Shown piece by piece: positions 41,362-51,067 of a stretch of 64,000 nt of DNA. This DNA is from Pseudomonadota bacterium (GTDB lineage: Bacteria; Myxococcota; JACRCW01; JAFGSX01), in contig JBDRCO010000113.1 in NCBI GenBank assembly GCA_043821645.1, positions 32,001 through 96,000 of the forward strand, in the 5' to 3' direction. The position numbers were made by a program, and so were the translations under genes. Within the stretch, counting starts at the first letter, position 1. Each line of letters begins with the position of its first letter. Below the pieces are notes generated by a model. It made no database searches, was not told the DNA's origin, and was given only the letters and a program-made list of their open reading frames with translations.

Positions 41362-42540
41362 TCAAGGGTCTGCGACAAACCTGACCTCAGCGCCCGCCAG
41401 GGAGCGACCTTCGGCCTCGGTCAGCAGCGCGCCGCTCTCGCCCGAACCCCGCAGGTAGCGATTGAAGAAGCCGATGGAGTAGTGGCGAATGACCGGGAAG
41501 GCCACCTCGGGAGAGAGGTTCTCCGGGCCGCACCCGTCGTTGAGCGTGTTGCTGACGTCCATCTCGATGGCCGCGTCGATGGCTTCGACGTCCAGGATGC
41601 ACAGGTCGCTGTAGGTGAAGTGTCCGGCGGTCGCGAGGCGCAAGAAGTATCGAGGCGCCACCAGGTGTTCCCAGACGCTGGTGGCGTGATCATCCGCAGG
41701 GAGCGTGTGGTCCAGGTCGGCGGCCTGCAACATGATGGGGATTCCCCACTGCTCCGACGGAGTCAGGATGTCCACCTGCACCAGGAGGTGAGCCGCGGGC
41801 GTGTGGGGCAAGGCCGCCTTCACACGCGGGTCCTCGCCAGCCACCCGCATGGAGGTGAGGGCGCCAAACGAGTGGCCGGTGGTGCCGATGCGATCCAGGT
41901 CCACCAGGCCAGCCAGAAAGTCATCCGCGGGGAGCCGCTCGAAGTGGTCGAGGATGAACTCGACGTCGAGGGGACGGTCGATGAAGGAGTCGACGGTGGA
42001 GCTGATCTCGACGTCACCCTCGCGCAGAAGGTCCACCAGCTGGTCGCCCTGATGATCCGGCGAGACCACGACGTAGCCATGACTGGCAAGCGGCACGGTG
42101 TAGAAGGTGGACTGCAGACGGATGCTGCCCTTGCCGTGGCTGAACACGACCAGGGGGAACGGGCGCCGGTCCGCGCGCGGCGCCGCGTCGCGAACCGCGG
42201 TGGTGTGCACCACGCCTAGCGCCTCCGCCGGGATGTCGTCCTTGAGATCGTCGGGGAGCAGGTCGTGCAGCACATAGCTCACGCCGGCCTTGTCGCGGGC
42301 AGCCTCGCGTGCGGGGTACCAGACCTCGCAGACAAGTTGCCTGTCGGTGGTGCCGTCGGGGCTGCGGCGGCTGTGGTCCACCAGCGTGAAGGTGCGAACA
42401 CCTACCGGGAATGGCCCGAAGGTCGACGGATCCGGGGCCTCGCCCGGCCCGGCCGGCTCAAAAGGGAGGGGCTCGTCCGTGGCCGCGGGCTCACAGCCAG
42501 CGACGAGCAGGGCGAGCAACAAGCACAGTGAGCGGATCAC
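41362..42540 (-). CDS. Alpha/beta-hydrolase lipoprotein (PAF-acetylhydrolase/dienelactone hydrolase-like)
   Basis: LVAGC lipobox; VWYPA, PLVVFSHG, LASHGYVV, GHSFG nucleophile, AGHFTYSD. Confidence 0.88.
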   Translation of the reverse strand: MIRSLCLLLALLVAGCEPAATDEPLPFEPAGPGEAPDPSTFGPFPVGVRTFTLVDHSRRSPDGTTDRQLVCEVWYPAREAARDKAGVSYVLHDLLPDDLKDDIPAEALGVVHTTAVRDAAPRADRRPFPLVVFSHGKGSIRLQSTFYTVPLASHGYVVVSPDHQGDQLVDLLREGDVEISSTVDSFIDRPLDVEFILDHFERLPADDFLAGLVDLDRIGTTGHSFGALTSMRVAGEDPRVKAALPHTPAAHLLVQVDILTPSEQWGIPIMLQAADLDHTLPADDHATSVWEHLVAPRYFLRLATAGHFTYSDLCILDVEAIDAAIEMDVSNTLNDGCGPENLSPEVAFPVIRHYSIGFFNRYLRGSGESGALLTEAEGRSLAGAEVRFVADP

Positions 42541-42755
42541 GTCGGCACCTCGATGTGCGGACCAGCATAGTCCGCCTGACTGCTCTGGGTGATCAAAAAG
42601 GCAGCTCGGAGAGGCGCCGGATGGTGCGGATCACGAGCTGGCAGACAATCCGCACGGCTGCTTGCGTCGCTCCGTTGCGCCAAGAATGCAACCAGCGGCT
42701 GCTTCCCGCGGCCGACACGTCCTGAAAACCGGCTGACACCTGTTTCGCTGCCTGC

Positions 42756-44603
42756 TCAGCGCGCCGGAACCACGAAGTACAGGTCGCGCTGCTCGAGCAG
42801 GACCACGTGGTCACCCCAGATCTGCAGCATCGCGTGGAAGACCTGGGCTGTGTCCTGGGCGGCGACGCTGCTGTTGTCGCGGGCGACCACACTGAAGCAG
42901 ACCTGCTTCCCCTGCCCGACGTCCCGGTAGGTGTCGTTGGTCCCGTCGCTAGTGTAGTCGATGATGGTGAACTCGCCCGCGCAGGATGGGCTGGCGCTCG
43001 CATCGGCCTCGACCCTGTCGATGAAGGTGGCGACCGCGTCGAGGCCATCGCTCGTGTCGTCGACTGCCTGGGCGGTGATGTCCATGCCGGGTGGCACCAG
43101 GGCCTGGAACCCGGCGAGGACCTGCGTTGCCAGTCCGGCGCCATTGTCGGGGATATCGTAGACCAGCGGGCCCGAGCCATCGACGGTATCGGTGGCGTTG
43201 GCGAGCGCGGCCAGGTCGGTGTGGGTACTGGCGCCGCCACTGTTGATACCGATGACGCGGGCGTGAATGCTGTTGAGCGCGGTCACGGTCTCGGCGTAGG
43301 TCGGTGGCGTCACGCCGGGGATGGCGCCATACGCGTAGTCCGAGGGACCATTGTGAAAGACCGCATCGGTGATCAGCACGATCACCGGCAGCGCACCGCT
43401 GCGGAAGTGTGGGTAGCCGATGAGCTGAGCATCGGAGCAGGCGCCGTCCGGGTCATCGGCGACGCCGTAGTAACCGCCGCCGTCGCCACAGCCGGTGGCC
43501 ACAGCGTGCAGCGCGGGTACGTGGGCCTCCGGAAGATCGTTTCCGCCACGGATGACCAGGGCATCCACGGCTGTCTGCACTGCGGCGGTGGAGCTCGTCA
43601 ACGGATGTGAAGGGCGAAAGGGCTTGTCCCCGTTGCTGCCGTACGGGGGGTAGGGATAGTCCTCGAACGCCCCGACGCCGCTCCAGACGTTGGCCCCGGG
43701 AAAGGCGGCATCGATGTTTGGCAGGATGTTGCTCGTCAGGTTGTCCTTGAGCTGTGCCAGCTCGCCCGCCATCGAAGTGGTGGTGTCGATGAGGAAGTAG
43801 GCATCGACGTCGGTGGTCGGGGTGACATGGAACAAGGTGCTGGATGCGGGCAGGCTCGCCGCCAGCTCGGGGACGACGAAGGCGAGCGCACCGCTGGCGA
43901 CCGGGTTGTCGTCCGGATCCAGCGGGTCCGTCCCGACACCGTACTCGACGAGATCGCTCGCGCCGTCGTCATCGGAGTCGCTGTCGTAGGGATCGGTGAG
44001 CAGCGTGGCGTGCTCCACGGCATCCGGAAGTCCGTCGTTGTCACTGTCGCGGTCGAGGAAGTCCGGTACCCCGTCGTGATCACTGTCGCGAGGGGCGGTG
44101 CCAAGGTCGGTGTCACCCGCCTCGAAAGCATCGCCCAGGCCGTCGCCATCGGAGTCGTCGTCGAGCCTGTTGGGAATCAGGTCCCCGTCCGGATCGGCGC
44201 TGCCCTCCACGGCGTCGGGGATGGTGTCGCCATCGGTGTCGACGCTGCCCGCGTCCTCGGCCGCGGCGTCCTCGCTTCGCGCATCTTCGGCCATGGCGTC
44301 AGCACCCGCCGCATCCTCGGCGATCGCCCCATCGGCTCCGTTGCTGTCGGCGGCGCCGGCTTCGGGGGACGCACCATCAGCGAGCAGGCGATCCGCGACC
44401 AGCACATCCGGGAGAGCACTATCCGCGAGGCCCACGTCCGCGGCCACGTGGTCGTCACCCGACATCGTATCCGCAGCGAGGCGATCGGAGGATCCGGCAT
44501 CGGCCACCGCACCGTCCTCGGATGGTTCGTCTGGCTTTTCTTCAGGACAACCGGAGCTGATCAGGAGCAGAGAACACAGGAGGGTTGCGTGGACCTTCTG
44601 CAT
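42756..44603 (-). CDS. Lipoprotein with thrombospondin type-3-like Ca-binding repeats and a VWA domain
   Basis: ISSGC lipobox; repeated DxDxDGxxD; YFLIDTTTSM (MIDAS-like), GGNDLPE, VLITDA. Confidence 0.85.
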   Translation of the reverse strand: MQKVHATLLCSLLLISSGCPEEKPDEPSEDGAVADAGSSDRLAADTMSGDDHVAADVGLADSALPDVLVADRLLADGASPEAGAADSNGADGAIAEDAAGADAMAEDARSEDAAAEDAGSVDTDGDTIPDAVEGSADPDGDLIPNRLDDDSDGDGLGDAFEAGDTDLGTAPRDSDHDGVPDFLDRDSDNDGLPDAVEHATLLTDPYDSDSDDDGASDLVEYGVGTDPLDPDDNPVASGALAFVVPELAASLPASSTLFHVTPTTDVDAYFLIDTTTSMAGELAQLKDNLTSNILPNIDAAFPGANVWSGVGAFEDYPYPPYGSNGDKPFRPSHPLTSSTAAVQTAVDALVIRGGNDLPEAHVPALHAVATGCGDGGGYYGVADDPDGACSDAQLIGYPHFRSGALPVIVLITDAVFHNGPSDYAYGAIPGVTPPTYAETVTALNSIHARVIGINSGGASTHTDLAALANATDTVDGSGPLVYDIPDNGAGLATQVLAGFQALVPPGMDITAQAVDDTSDGLDAVATFIDRVEADASASPSCAGEFTIIDYTSDGTNDTYRDVGQGKQVCFSVVARDNSSVAAQDTAQVFHAMLQIWGDHVVLLEQRDLYFVVPAR

Positions 44604-44903
44604 GTCGCCTGTACCCCTCAGGGTTGAATGTGACCTTGGCCAAGGCTCTGCCAGTGAGCCGCCCCCGACCGACAAGGCGCGCGCCGTGGATCGAGGATAG
44701 CAGATCGCCGGTTCGCGATCCCCACACGGGGATGGCTTCCCCACCGCGAGGTGCCAGCAACATCTCCGCTGGGCCCAGGACCTGTTCTTGTTTGCCTGAC
44801 AATCGGGTCCGCGCGGCCCGCCAGCTCAAACGGCGCGTTTTTCAGAGCTCACGGTCTCGGCCAGGGGGGAGAACTTCACTGCTCGTGCCTGACATCTTCT
44901 GCA

Positions 44904-45680
44904 TCAGGTAGAGGCCGTCCCCTTCACAGCTCCGACGCCATCTGGACGGCGCTGCTCAGCCTTCAGTCCCGCCAGGTCCTCGGGCATGCGCCCATGAAAA
45001 TATCGCTCGATGAGATAGCGCGTGAAGGCCGGCCGCAGATAGAAGCCTCGCGGTCCGGTGAGTAGGGCGTCGCCGTCGGCTGGCCGGGACCAGGTGGAAG
45101 CCCGACTGCTGCTTGCCTTTGGGCGCACCTGCAGCACCGCGCCGTCGCTGCCACGAATCCGCTCGACGTCACCAGCCAGGATTCGCGCCAAGTGAAACTC
45201 CCAATCCGCACGGAGCAGCGCATCCTCCTCTGCTCTGGGCTGCCAGAAGAAGGCCTGCCCCACAACGCGCTCCACCAACGCGAGTTCGCGATCTGACTGA
45301 ACGGGGACCCACAGCACGTGTCGCAGCTTGGTGAAGACCGTGGAGGTGTTCCACTCGAGGGCGTGCAGATTGTGCAGCGGGACCCTGCTGACGTAGGTCG
45401 ATTGCAGGGGCTTCCCTTCGTGATTCACGGGCAGCGTCTTGAGTTCAACACCCAGCTGCGTGAAGTCGGGCCGGGCCAGGCTGCTGGCCCCTGCCCCGAG
45501 CCAGAGCTCGATCAATTGCCCGACAAAGCCCTTGCCGTGCACCGAGTCGACAGGAACGGCCAGGCCAGCACGCGCGGCGAGTTCGCCAATGCGTCGACCG
45601 GCAAGACAACGCACACGATGGCCCAGGACCTCGATGTCTTCGGGGGGCGTGGAGGCAGGATGCAACGGGAAATCGGCCAT
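44904..45680 (-). CDS. mutH: MutH-family endonuclease
   Basis: KGFVGQLIELWLGA, PDF..LGVELKTLPV, KLRHVLWVP, L.ADWE, LQVRPKA, PRGFYLR..FT, collinear with E. coli MutH. Confidence 0.88.
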   Translation of the reverse strand: MADFPLHPASTPPEDIEVLGHRVRCLAGRRIGELAARAGLAVPVDSVHGKGFVGQLIELWLGAGASSLARPDFTQLGVELKTLPVNHEGKPLQSTYVSRVPLHNLHALEWNTSTVFTKLRHVLWVPVQSDRELALVERVVGQAFFWQPRAEEDALLRADWEFHLARILAGDVERIRGSDGAVLQVRPKASSSRASTWSRPADGDALLTGPRGFYLRPAFTRYLIERYFHGRMPEDLAGLKAEQRRPDGVGAVKGTAST

Positions 45681-45723
45681 GACAGGCGGTAGCACAGGTC
45701 ATGACGCCCCTTCAAGGGAGACG

Positions 45724-46149
45724 CTAGGCGTTGCGCTGGCGAGCGACCTCGTCCCGCAGCCTCTCCTCCTGGGTCCTCAGCTCGGGCGTGAACGCGTCAC
45801 CGAAGTCCTCGGCCTCGGAGATGGGCCGCAGCTCGATCTCGGTACCTCCGTCAAAGGGTGCTTGCTTGAGCCACTCGACGGCCTCTTCCATGGTCTCGAC
45901 CTTCCACAGCCAGAAGCCGGAAACGAGCTCCGAGGTGCCGGTGAAAGGCCCATCGATGAGCGTGCGCTGCTGTCCGGAAAAACGCACTCGCTTGCCCGTT
46001 GACGAGGGGCGCAGACCCTCACCGGCCAGCATCACCCCCGCCCTGATCAGCTTCTCGTTGTACGTACCCATCTCTCCAAGCAGGCGCTGGTTCGGCATCA
46101 CCCCCGCTTCCGAATCCTGGCTTGCCTTGACAATGACCATGACGCGCAT
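45724..46149 (-). CDS. YciI/DGPF-domain protein
   Basis: MRVMVIVKA, AGEGLRPSS, IDGPF, ELVSGFWLW, EIELRP. Confidence 0.9.
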   Translation of the reverse strand: MRVMVIVKASQDSEAGVMPNQRLLGEMGTYNEKLIRAGVMLAGEGLRPSSTGKRVRFSGQQRTLIDGPFTGTSELVSGFWLWKVETMEEAVEWLKQAPFDGGTEIELRPISEAEDFGDAFTPELRTQEERLRDEVARQRNA

Positions 46150-46344
46150 CGCGACACCTCTCACTGTGCGGCGTCCTTGCCGTTGGAGGTATGTAGCCAG
46201 CGGGCCGAGGATGGCAGATCCGGAGTCCTGATCGAGAACGGGTCCGCGCAAGGCCTGTCAGCTTGAACAAGAGAAAGCCGGACTTCAAGGACCGCGACTG
46301 TTCCTGTGATAGGTTCCTGGGGTCCATGCAGGAGCCCGTAAATC

Positions 46345-46542
46345 ATGAAATGCGCGCTGTGCCAGGAGCCCATCGAGGACTACTGTGTCGAGCTGCACCA
46401 GCTCAAACTCAACGAACACAAGGCCGCGGACATCTGCGACGCGTGCGCGCGAAAGTTCATCACCTGGCATGGTGAAAAGCTGGCAAAGCTGTTCCCGACC
46501 AAGGCGATGAAGCGCATGTACGGCAAGAAGAAGGGATCCTGA
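46345..46542 (+). CDS. Small zinc-finger-like protein (65 aa)
   Basis: CALC...CDAC; basic tail LFPTKAMKRMYG; AGGAG upstream. Confidence 0.75.
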   Translation: MKCALCQEPIEDYCVELHQLKLNEHKAADICDACARKFITWHGEKLAKLFPTKAMKRMYGKKKGS

Positions 46543-46557
46543 GCCGTCCGCGCGGCC

Positions 46558-46857
46558 CTAGCCCCAGCCCTGCAGCCACTTGTTGTGCGCCACCAGTTCT
46601 TTTAGGGTCGTCACGTCGGGATTCGTCACGTAGTAGCTGTACTCCGCTTCCTGCACAACAGTCTCCCACGGGGTGTGCTCGTCGACGTCGTCCGGGTTTA
46701 GCTGGGCATAGAGTTGCCTGAACCTGTGGGCGCTGAAGGGCTCCTTGCCGGTACCAAGGGCCGCGGCCCTGGCCTTGCTCAACCTCTCTCCGCGCTGGCG
46801 ATCGTGCTCGGCCTTTCGCGCAGCGAAGATCAGGTTCCAGTCTTTTTTTTCGGCCAT
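46558..46857 (-). CDS. Hypothetical protein
   Basis: 99-aa ORF with protein-like composition filling the intergenic space. Confidence 0.7.
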   Translation of the reverse strand: MAEKKDWNLIFAARKAEHDRQRGERLSKARAAALGTGKEPFSAHRFRQLYAQLNPDDVDEHTPWETVVQEAEYSYYVTNPDVTTLKELVAHNKWLQGWG

Positions 46858-46998
46858 CTGTGTCACCCCGCAAGGCGGCGAAGAGGAGCACTGGCGGGAG
46901 CCGGCTGCTCACTCGGCGTTCTGCTCGATGGCCGCTTGTCCGCGCCAGGTTCACCGTTCCATCTGCCCTGTCTGCTAGAATGACACAACGGAGGCGAC

Positions 46999-47367
46999 AT
47001 GAAATCCTGCGTAATGCTTCATCCGGGCCGTGGTCGACACATGCTGTCCGCAACGGTGCTTCTGGCACTTCTTCCGGCGTCGTCTTGCTACCTCGGTACC
47101 GACGAGATCAGCACCTCCACCGTCGTGTGCACGGACGACCAGTTCTGTGCCGATGAGACGAACGGCGAGTACGACCATTGTGGTATGGAAGTCACTCTCG
47201 TCTGCTGCGAGAAGGGCTCGATGAAGTGTGGCTGCAAGGACGACGGCACCTGCAACGGCGAGCTGGTCTGCTTCGATGTTCCGCCTGACCTGAACCCCGA
47301 AGACAAAGAATCGGATTACTGCTACCCGGACTGGACCGGGTCGATGTCGGGGTGGCAACCCCATTGA
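46999..47367 (+). CDS. Small Cys-rich secreted/lipoprotein
   Basis: GGAGG RBS; hydrophobic segment ending ASSC; Cys-rich acidic mature part. Confidence 0.7.
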   Translation: MKSCVMLHPGRGRHMLSATVLLALLPASSCYLGTDEISTSTVVCTDDQFCADETNGEYDHCGMEVTLVCCEKGSMKCGCKDDGTCNGELVCFDVPPDLNPEDKESDYCYPDWTGSMSGWQPH

Positions 47368-47573
47368 CCGTGACCGCAGACGGCGGTCGACGGGGGGGGC
47401 TCCTTGACCTGTGCGCGGGTATGAAGGTCGGCAGCGAGCGCCGCGAAGATCTAGACCTGCCGCATCAACGTGGCGGACTTCATGGCGCGACGACTGACCG
47501 CCGATGCGCTTGGGCACAGTGGAGAGCGCGGATGCCTGTCCTCTACACCATGGGATGATGGTGGGACGGTCGG

Positions 47574-48116
47574 TTACGGAATCCAGCCCGGCAACGCAGC
47601 CGCCTGCTTCACCCACCTCGCCAGCTGCGCCTCGTCGAGCTGGTCGCCCTCGCGGACGTCGAGGTAGCGCACTTGTTCCTGCTTGGATTCGCCAGGGGGG
47701 ACAGGACGCAGCGACGTGCCGCGAAAGAACGTCACCTTGAGGTACCTGGAAAAGCAATGGAAGCCGAGGAACCAGCCCTGGCCCTCGATTCCGTAAAAAG
47801 GCGTGTTCCATTTGACCGCCTTGCACACGCCGGGGACGGTGCGCACGATGAGCGCATCGAGGCGCCGCCCGACGTCGCTTTTCCAGCCTGGCATGGCCGC
47901 GATGTAAGCCTGCACGGGAGCGTCGCCATCGCCCTTTGCGATCTGGGGGTTGCCGCCCGCCAGGAGCTTCACCGGCCTGTCCTGTGCTGATGCATTCGTG
48001 TCCGCCCTCGAGGTCGTCCCAGGACCCGTACCTTTGGTTGCGGCGGGCTTCCCCTTGACGGCGCGGGAGGTCCGCTTGGCGGCCTTGGACCTGGCCTCGC
48101 TGGGTATGCGGCGCAT
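47574..48116 (-). CDS. DUF1801 domain protein
   Basis: GGNPQIAKGDGDAPVQAYI, KAVKWNTPFYG, KVTFFRGTSL. Confidence 0.85.
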   Translation of the reverse strand: MRRIPSEARSKAAKRTSRAVKGKPAATKGTGPGTTSRADTNASAQDRPVKLLAGGNPQIAKGDGDAPVQAYIAAMPGWKSDVGRRLDALIVRTVPGVCKAVKWNTPFYGIEGQGWFLGFHCFSRYLKVTFFRGTSLRPVPPGESKQEQVRYLDVREGDQLDEAQLARWVKQAAALPGWIP

Positions 48117-48137
48117 CAGGGTCTCCTGCCAGGCTGG

Positions 48138-48542
48138 TCACCCATTCTTCTTCTTCTTGCCTTCGAGATTGAGCGCCACGGCCTCGCGGATCAGCTTCTT
48201 CAGGGCGGCCTCGTTGATCGGGTCGCCCTCGCGGATGTCGATGGCGCGCCTGACTTTTCCTTCGAGACTCGAGTTGAACAGTCCAGCGGGATCCGTCAGC
48301 GAAGCCCCTTTGGCGAAGGTCATCTTGACGACGCTGTTGTAAGTTTCTCCTGTGCAGACCATGCCGTCATGGGACCAGGTGGGCGTCCCCCTCCACTTCC
48401 ACTCCTCGACGATCTCCGGGTCTACCTGCTTGACGAGCTGGCGTACCCTGGCGAGCGTCTCCCCGCGCCAGTCCCCCAGCTCCTTGATTCTCTCATCGAT
48501 CCGTGTGGCGGCAGAGTCCTCGTGAGGGATGTTCTTGTTCAT
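48138..48542 (-). CDS. DUF1801 domain protein
   Basis: LGDWRGETL, EEWKWRGTPTWSHDG, KMTFAKGASL.DP..LFNSSLEG..RRAID. Confidence 0.88.
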   Translation of the reverse strand: MNKNIPHEDSAATRIDERIKELGDWRGETLARVRQLVKQVDPEIVEEWKWRGTPTWSHDGMVCTGETYNSVVKMTFAKGASLTDPAGLFNSSLEGKVRRAIDIREGDPINEAALKKLIREAVALNLEGKKKKNG

Positions 48543-49046
48543 GGTCTCGCCCCGTTGCTGCAGCATGGACCTCTCATCGTCGTGTCCCCTGTGTTACCCG
48601 CAAAAGTTGTCGTTCTCCACGATGGCTCTCTCAATTCGCGTCGTCGGCATGTTCATCCATCGTTGAGCCGCCAGGACGATGGGCTTCTTGCCCTTCCAAT
48701 CGACGGGGTCACCAGCAGCCGCTATGTAGCGCGCGCCCTCGTTGCCGACCGGGTTGACAGAATCGTCGCCTGGCACGTCCTGGGGTCGCCAGCGAATCGC
48801 AGTCGGTCCGAGGCACAACCGCTTGCGTCGGATGATGCGGGCGCACAGTCCACCCTGAAGCCCAGGCCGATCGATTCTCGTGCTGGGTGTATCGAAAAAG
48901 AAGCCCCCGACGCAGCAAGCGCGGGCGACAGCCGAACTTTCGTCGAGATCCAGCCCCAAGCGGCAGCCGAATTTTTGACTTCGATCCTCGAGCTGCTATC
49001 TCAGGCTCGTCGCCAGCTGGCTACACCTGGCGCCGGGGAGCTCCAC

Positions 49047-49478
49047 ATGTCGCAGTCCACCGTGTTCTGGAGTCGCTACCATCAATGGGTCGCCAGCCTG
49101 GCCGCGGTGGCCCTGCTGGTCTCACTGGGAAGCGATTGGCTGCGCGGCGATGGCGGCGCCGGCTTCACCGCCGTGCAGACCGCGCAACTTTTCATGGGAC
49201 CGTTCTCGTGGCTGCTGCTGCCCCTGCTGGTCGTGGGCTTGCTGTGGCTGTTGCTGCCCCTGCACGCCATGCGGCGCCTCACCAGCTGGTCCTCCATCTG
49301 CGCCCTGCCAGCCTGGTTGGGCATCGCGGCCACGATGGGAGTGGGCGTGCAGCACCTGACCCCGGCCTGGGGTTTTGCGCTGGCGGGCCTGGCCGCCGGT
49401 GTGCTCACGGCCGCCGCCGCCACCGAATTGTGGGCAGGCGGAGTGATCCCGAACCGTCCCGCCGAGGACGCGCGTTAG
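49047..49478 (+). CDS. Hypothetical membrane protein (about 4 TM)
   Basis: GGGGAG RBS before ATG 49047; four hydrophobic segments. Confidence 0.7.
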   Translation: MSQSTVFWSRYHQWVASLAAVALLVSLGSDWLRGDGGAGFTAVQTAQLFMGPFSWLLLPLLVVGLLWLLLPLHAMRRLTSWSSICALPAWLGIAATMGVGVQHLTPAWGFALAGLAAGVLTAAAATELWAGGVIPNRPAEDAR

Positions 49479-49569
49479 CCAGCTGTGGCTGTGAGGGCGC
49501 TCGCCCCCCTGCCCCGCCCTTAACGAACCCGGCAGCGCGAGGCGTGGCACTTTGTTCGTGCAGCGTCCG

Positions 49570-50883
49570 TCACTTCAAGATCCGCTCGGCCTCGCGCCTG
49601 GCCTTTCGCAGGTCGCCCAGGCTGTCGCCCTGGCGCAACCGATCCGCGCTCTCCCACAGCCCCCGGCGCTGCTTCATCAGGAGCTGTCGCTGCACGGCGG
49701 CATCGACCTGATCCTCGGGGATTCGCCCGTCGCGCACCGCGTTCACCACCGCGGCGTGCAGTGCGGGCACCACGTTCGGGTTCGACACCATCAGCAGGTC
49801 GGTGCCCGCCAGCACCGCCAGGATCGCGGCTTCGGCCGGGTCGAACTTCTCCACCACCGCCCCCATCAGCAGGTCGTCCGAGCAGACCAGACCCGTGAAG
49901 CCGAGCTGCCCGCGCAGCAGTCCCTGCACCACGACCGGCGACAGGGCCACCGGGCGATCCGCGTCGAGGGCCGAGATCTCGACGTGGCTGACCATGATCG
50001 CGTCCACCCCGGCAGCAATGGCAGCGCGAAACGGCGGCAGCAGCTGCGCCTCGATGGCGTCGTTGTCGAGGGACAGCGTGGGCATGGCCCGGTGCGGATC
50101 GACCTCCGAGCCGGCGTTGCCCGGGAAGTGCTTTGCCGTGGCCAGCACCCCGGCGCGCTGGGTACCAGCGATGAAGGCCGCAGCCTTGGGGGCGGCTGCT
50201 GTGGCCGAGGTCGCGAAGCCGCGATCACCAATCACGTCGGTCTCGCCGGCCGAGGCCTCGACCACCGGCGCCAGGTTCATGTTGACGCCAACGGCCAGCA
50301 GCTGACGGGCCACCGCGTGGGCTAGCGCATCGAGCTGGTCGTTGGGGAGCGCGCCCAGGATCCGCGGCGCGGGCAGGCGCGTGAATCCCCGCTGTAGCCT
50401 CTGCACCCGGCCGCCTTCCTGGTCGACAGCAATCAGGTAGGGCACGCCGGCGCCTGTGGTGCGGGCGATCTCCTGCAACGAGGCGTCGAGGGCCGCGACC
50501 TTGGCCGGGCCGCCGCGAAGGTTGTAGGAGAACAGGATGATGCCGCCCACCGGCACCTGGCGGAGCACTTCGGCCGAGCTCGGCCGCGGCACATCACGGC
50601 CGACCACGCTGATCAGGAAGAGCTGGCCAACCTTCTGCTCGAGACTCATCGCGGCCAGCAGCGCGGCTGTGGGCTTGTCCGCTGCCAGCGCATCGGGTGC
50701 AGGCACTGCGGGCGCGGACACCGCAAAACCAGACATCGCAGGTGCGGACGTCGCGGCGTCGGACGGCGCGGGCTCGGACGGCGCGGGGACGGCGGGCGCA
50801 GGCATGCTGGCGGGCTGGGTGCTGGCGGCGCCAATCAGCACCGGCCAGCACAGGAGCGGCACCATTCGTGTCAACGTTCTCAC
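49570..50883 (-). CDS. nagZ: Secreted GH3 beta-N-acetylhexosaminidase (NagZ-like)
   Basis: LEQKVGQL, AVDQEGGRVQR, NLAPV, KHFPG.....DPH, IMVSH, SDDLLMGA. Confidence 0.82.
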   Translation of the reverse strand: MRTLTRMVPLLCWPVLIGAASTQPASMPAPAVPAPSEPAPSDAATSAPAMSGFAVSAPAVPAPDALAADKPTAALLAAMSLEQKVGQLFLISVVGRDVPRPSSAEVLRQVPVGGIILFSYNLRGGPAKVAALDASLQEIARTTGAGVPYLIAVDQEGGRVQRLQRGFTRLPAPRILGALPNDQLDALAHAVARQLLAVGVNMNLAPVVEASAGETDVIGDRGFATSATAAAPKAAAFIAGTQRAGVLATAKHFPGNAGSEVDPHRAMPTLSLDNDAIEAQLLPPFRAAIAAGVDAIMVSHVEISALDADRPVALSPVVVQGLLRGQLGFTGLVCSDDLLMGAVVEKFDPAEAAILAVLAGTDLLMVSNPNVVPALHAAVVNAVRDGRIPEDQVDAAVQRQLLMKQRRGLWESADRLRQGDSLGDLRKARREAERILK

Positions 50884-51067
50884 GGCGCCAGGCTAGCAAC
50901 CGCAGCGATGACCTGTCCATGTCCCCGGTGACAGCGATGCTCCGTCCGCGGGGCCCCGGGAAAAGGTGGCTAAGAGCGCGCACCTTACCCTCCCGGCCGT
51001 CCCGCCAGAAAAGAGCCTCGGCGGGACAAGCACGCTCCACCCGCTTCAGAAGACGGCGCTCCGGTTT

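Noticed and set aside
48594-48959. 121-aa minus-strand ORF upstream of the DUF1801 pair
   Set aside because: No recognisable motif or RBS; it might be a gene remnant but I cannot support that.
45700-49570. Integron-like cassette array among the short genes
   Set aside because: Orientations are mixed, there is no integron integrase, and I found no convincing paired RYYYAAC...GTTRRRY attC sites.
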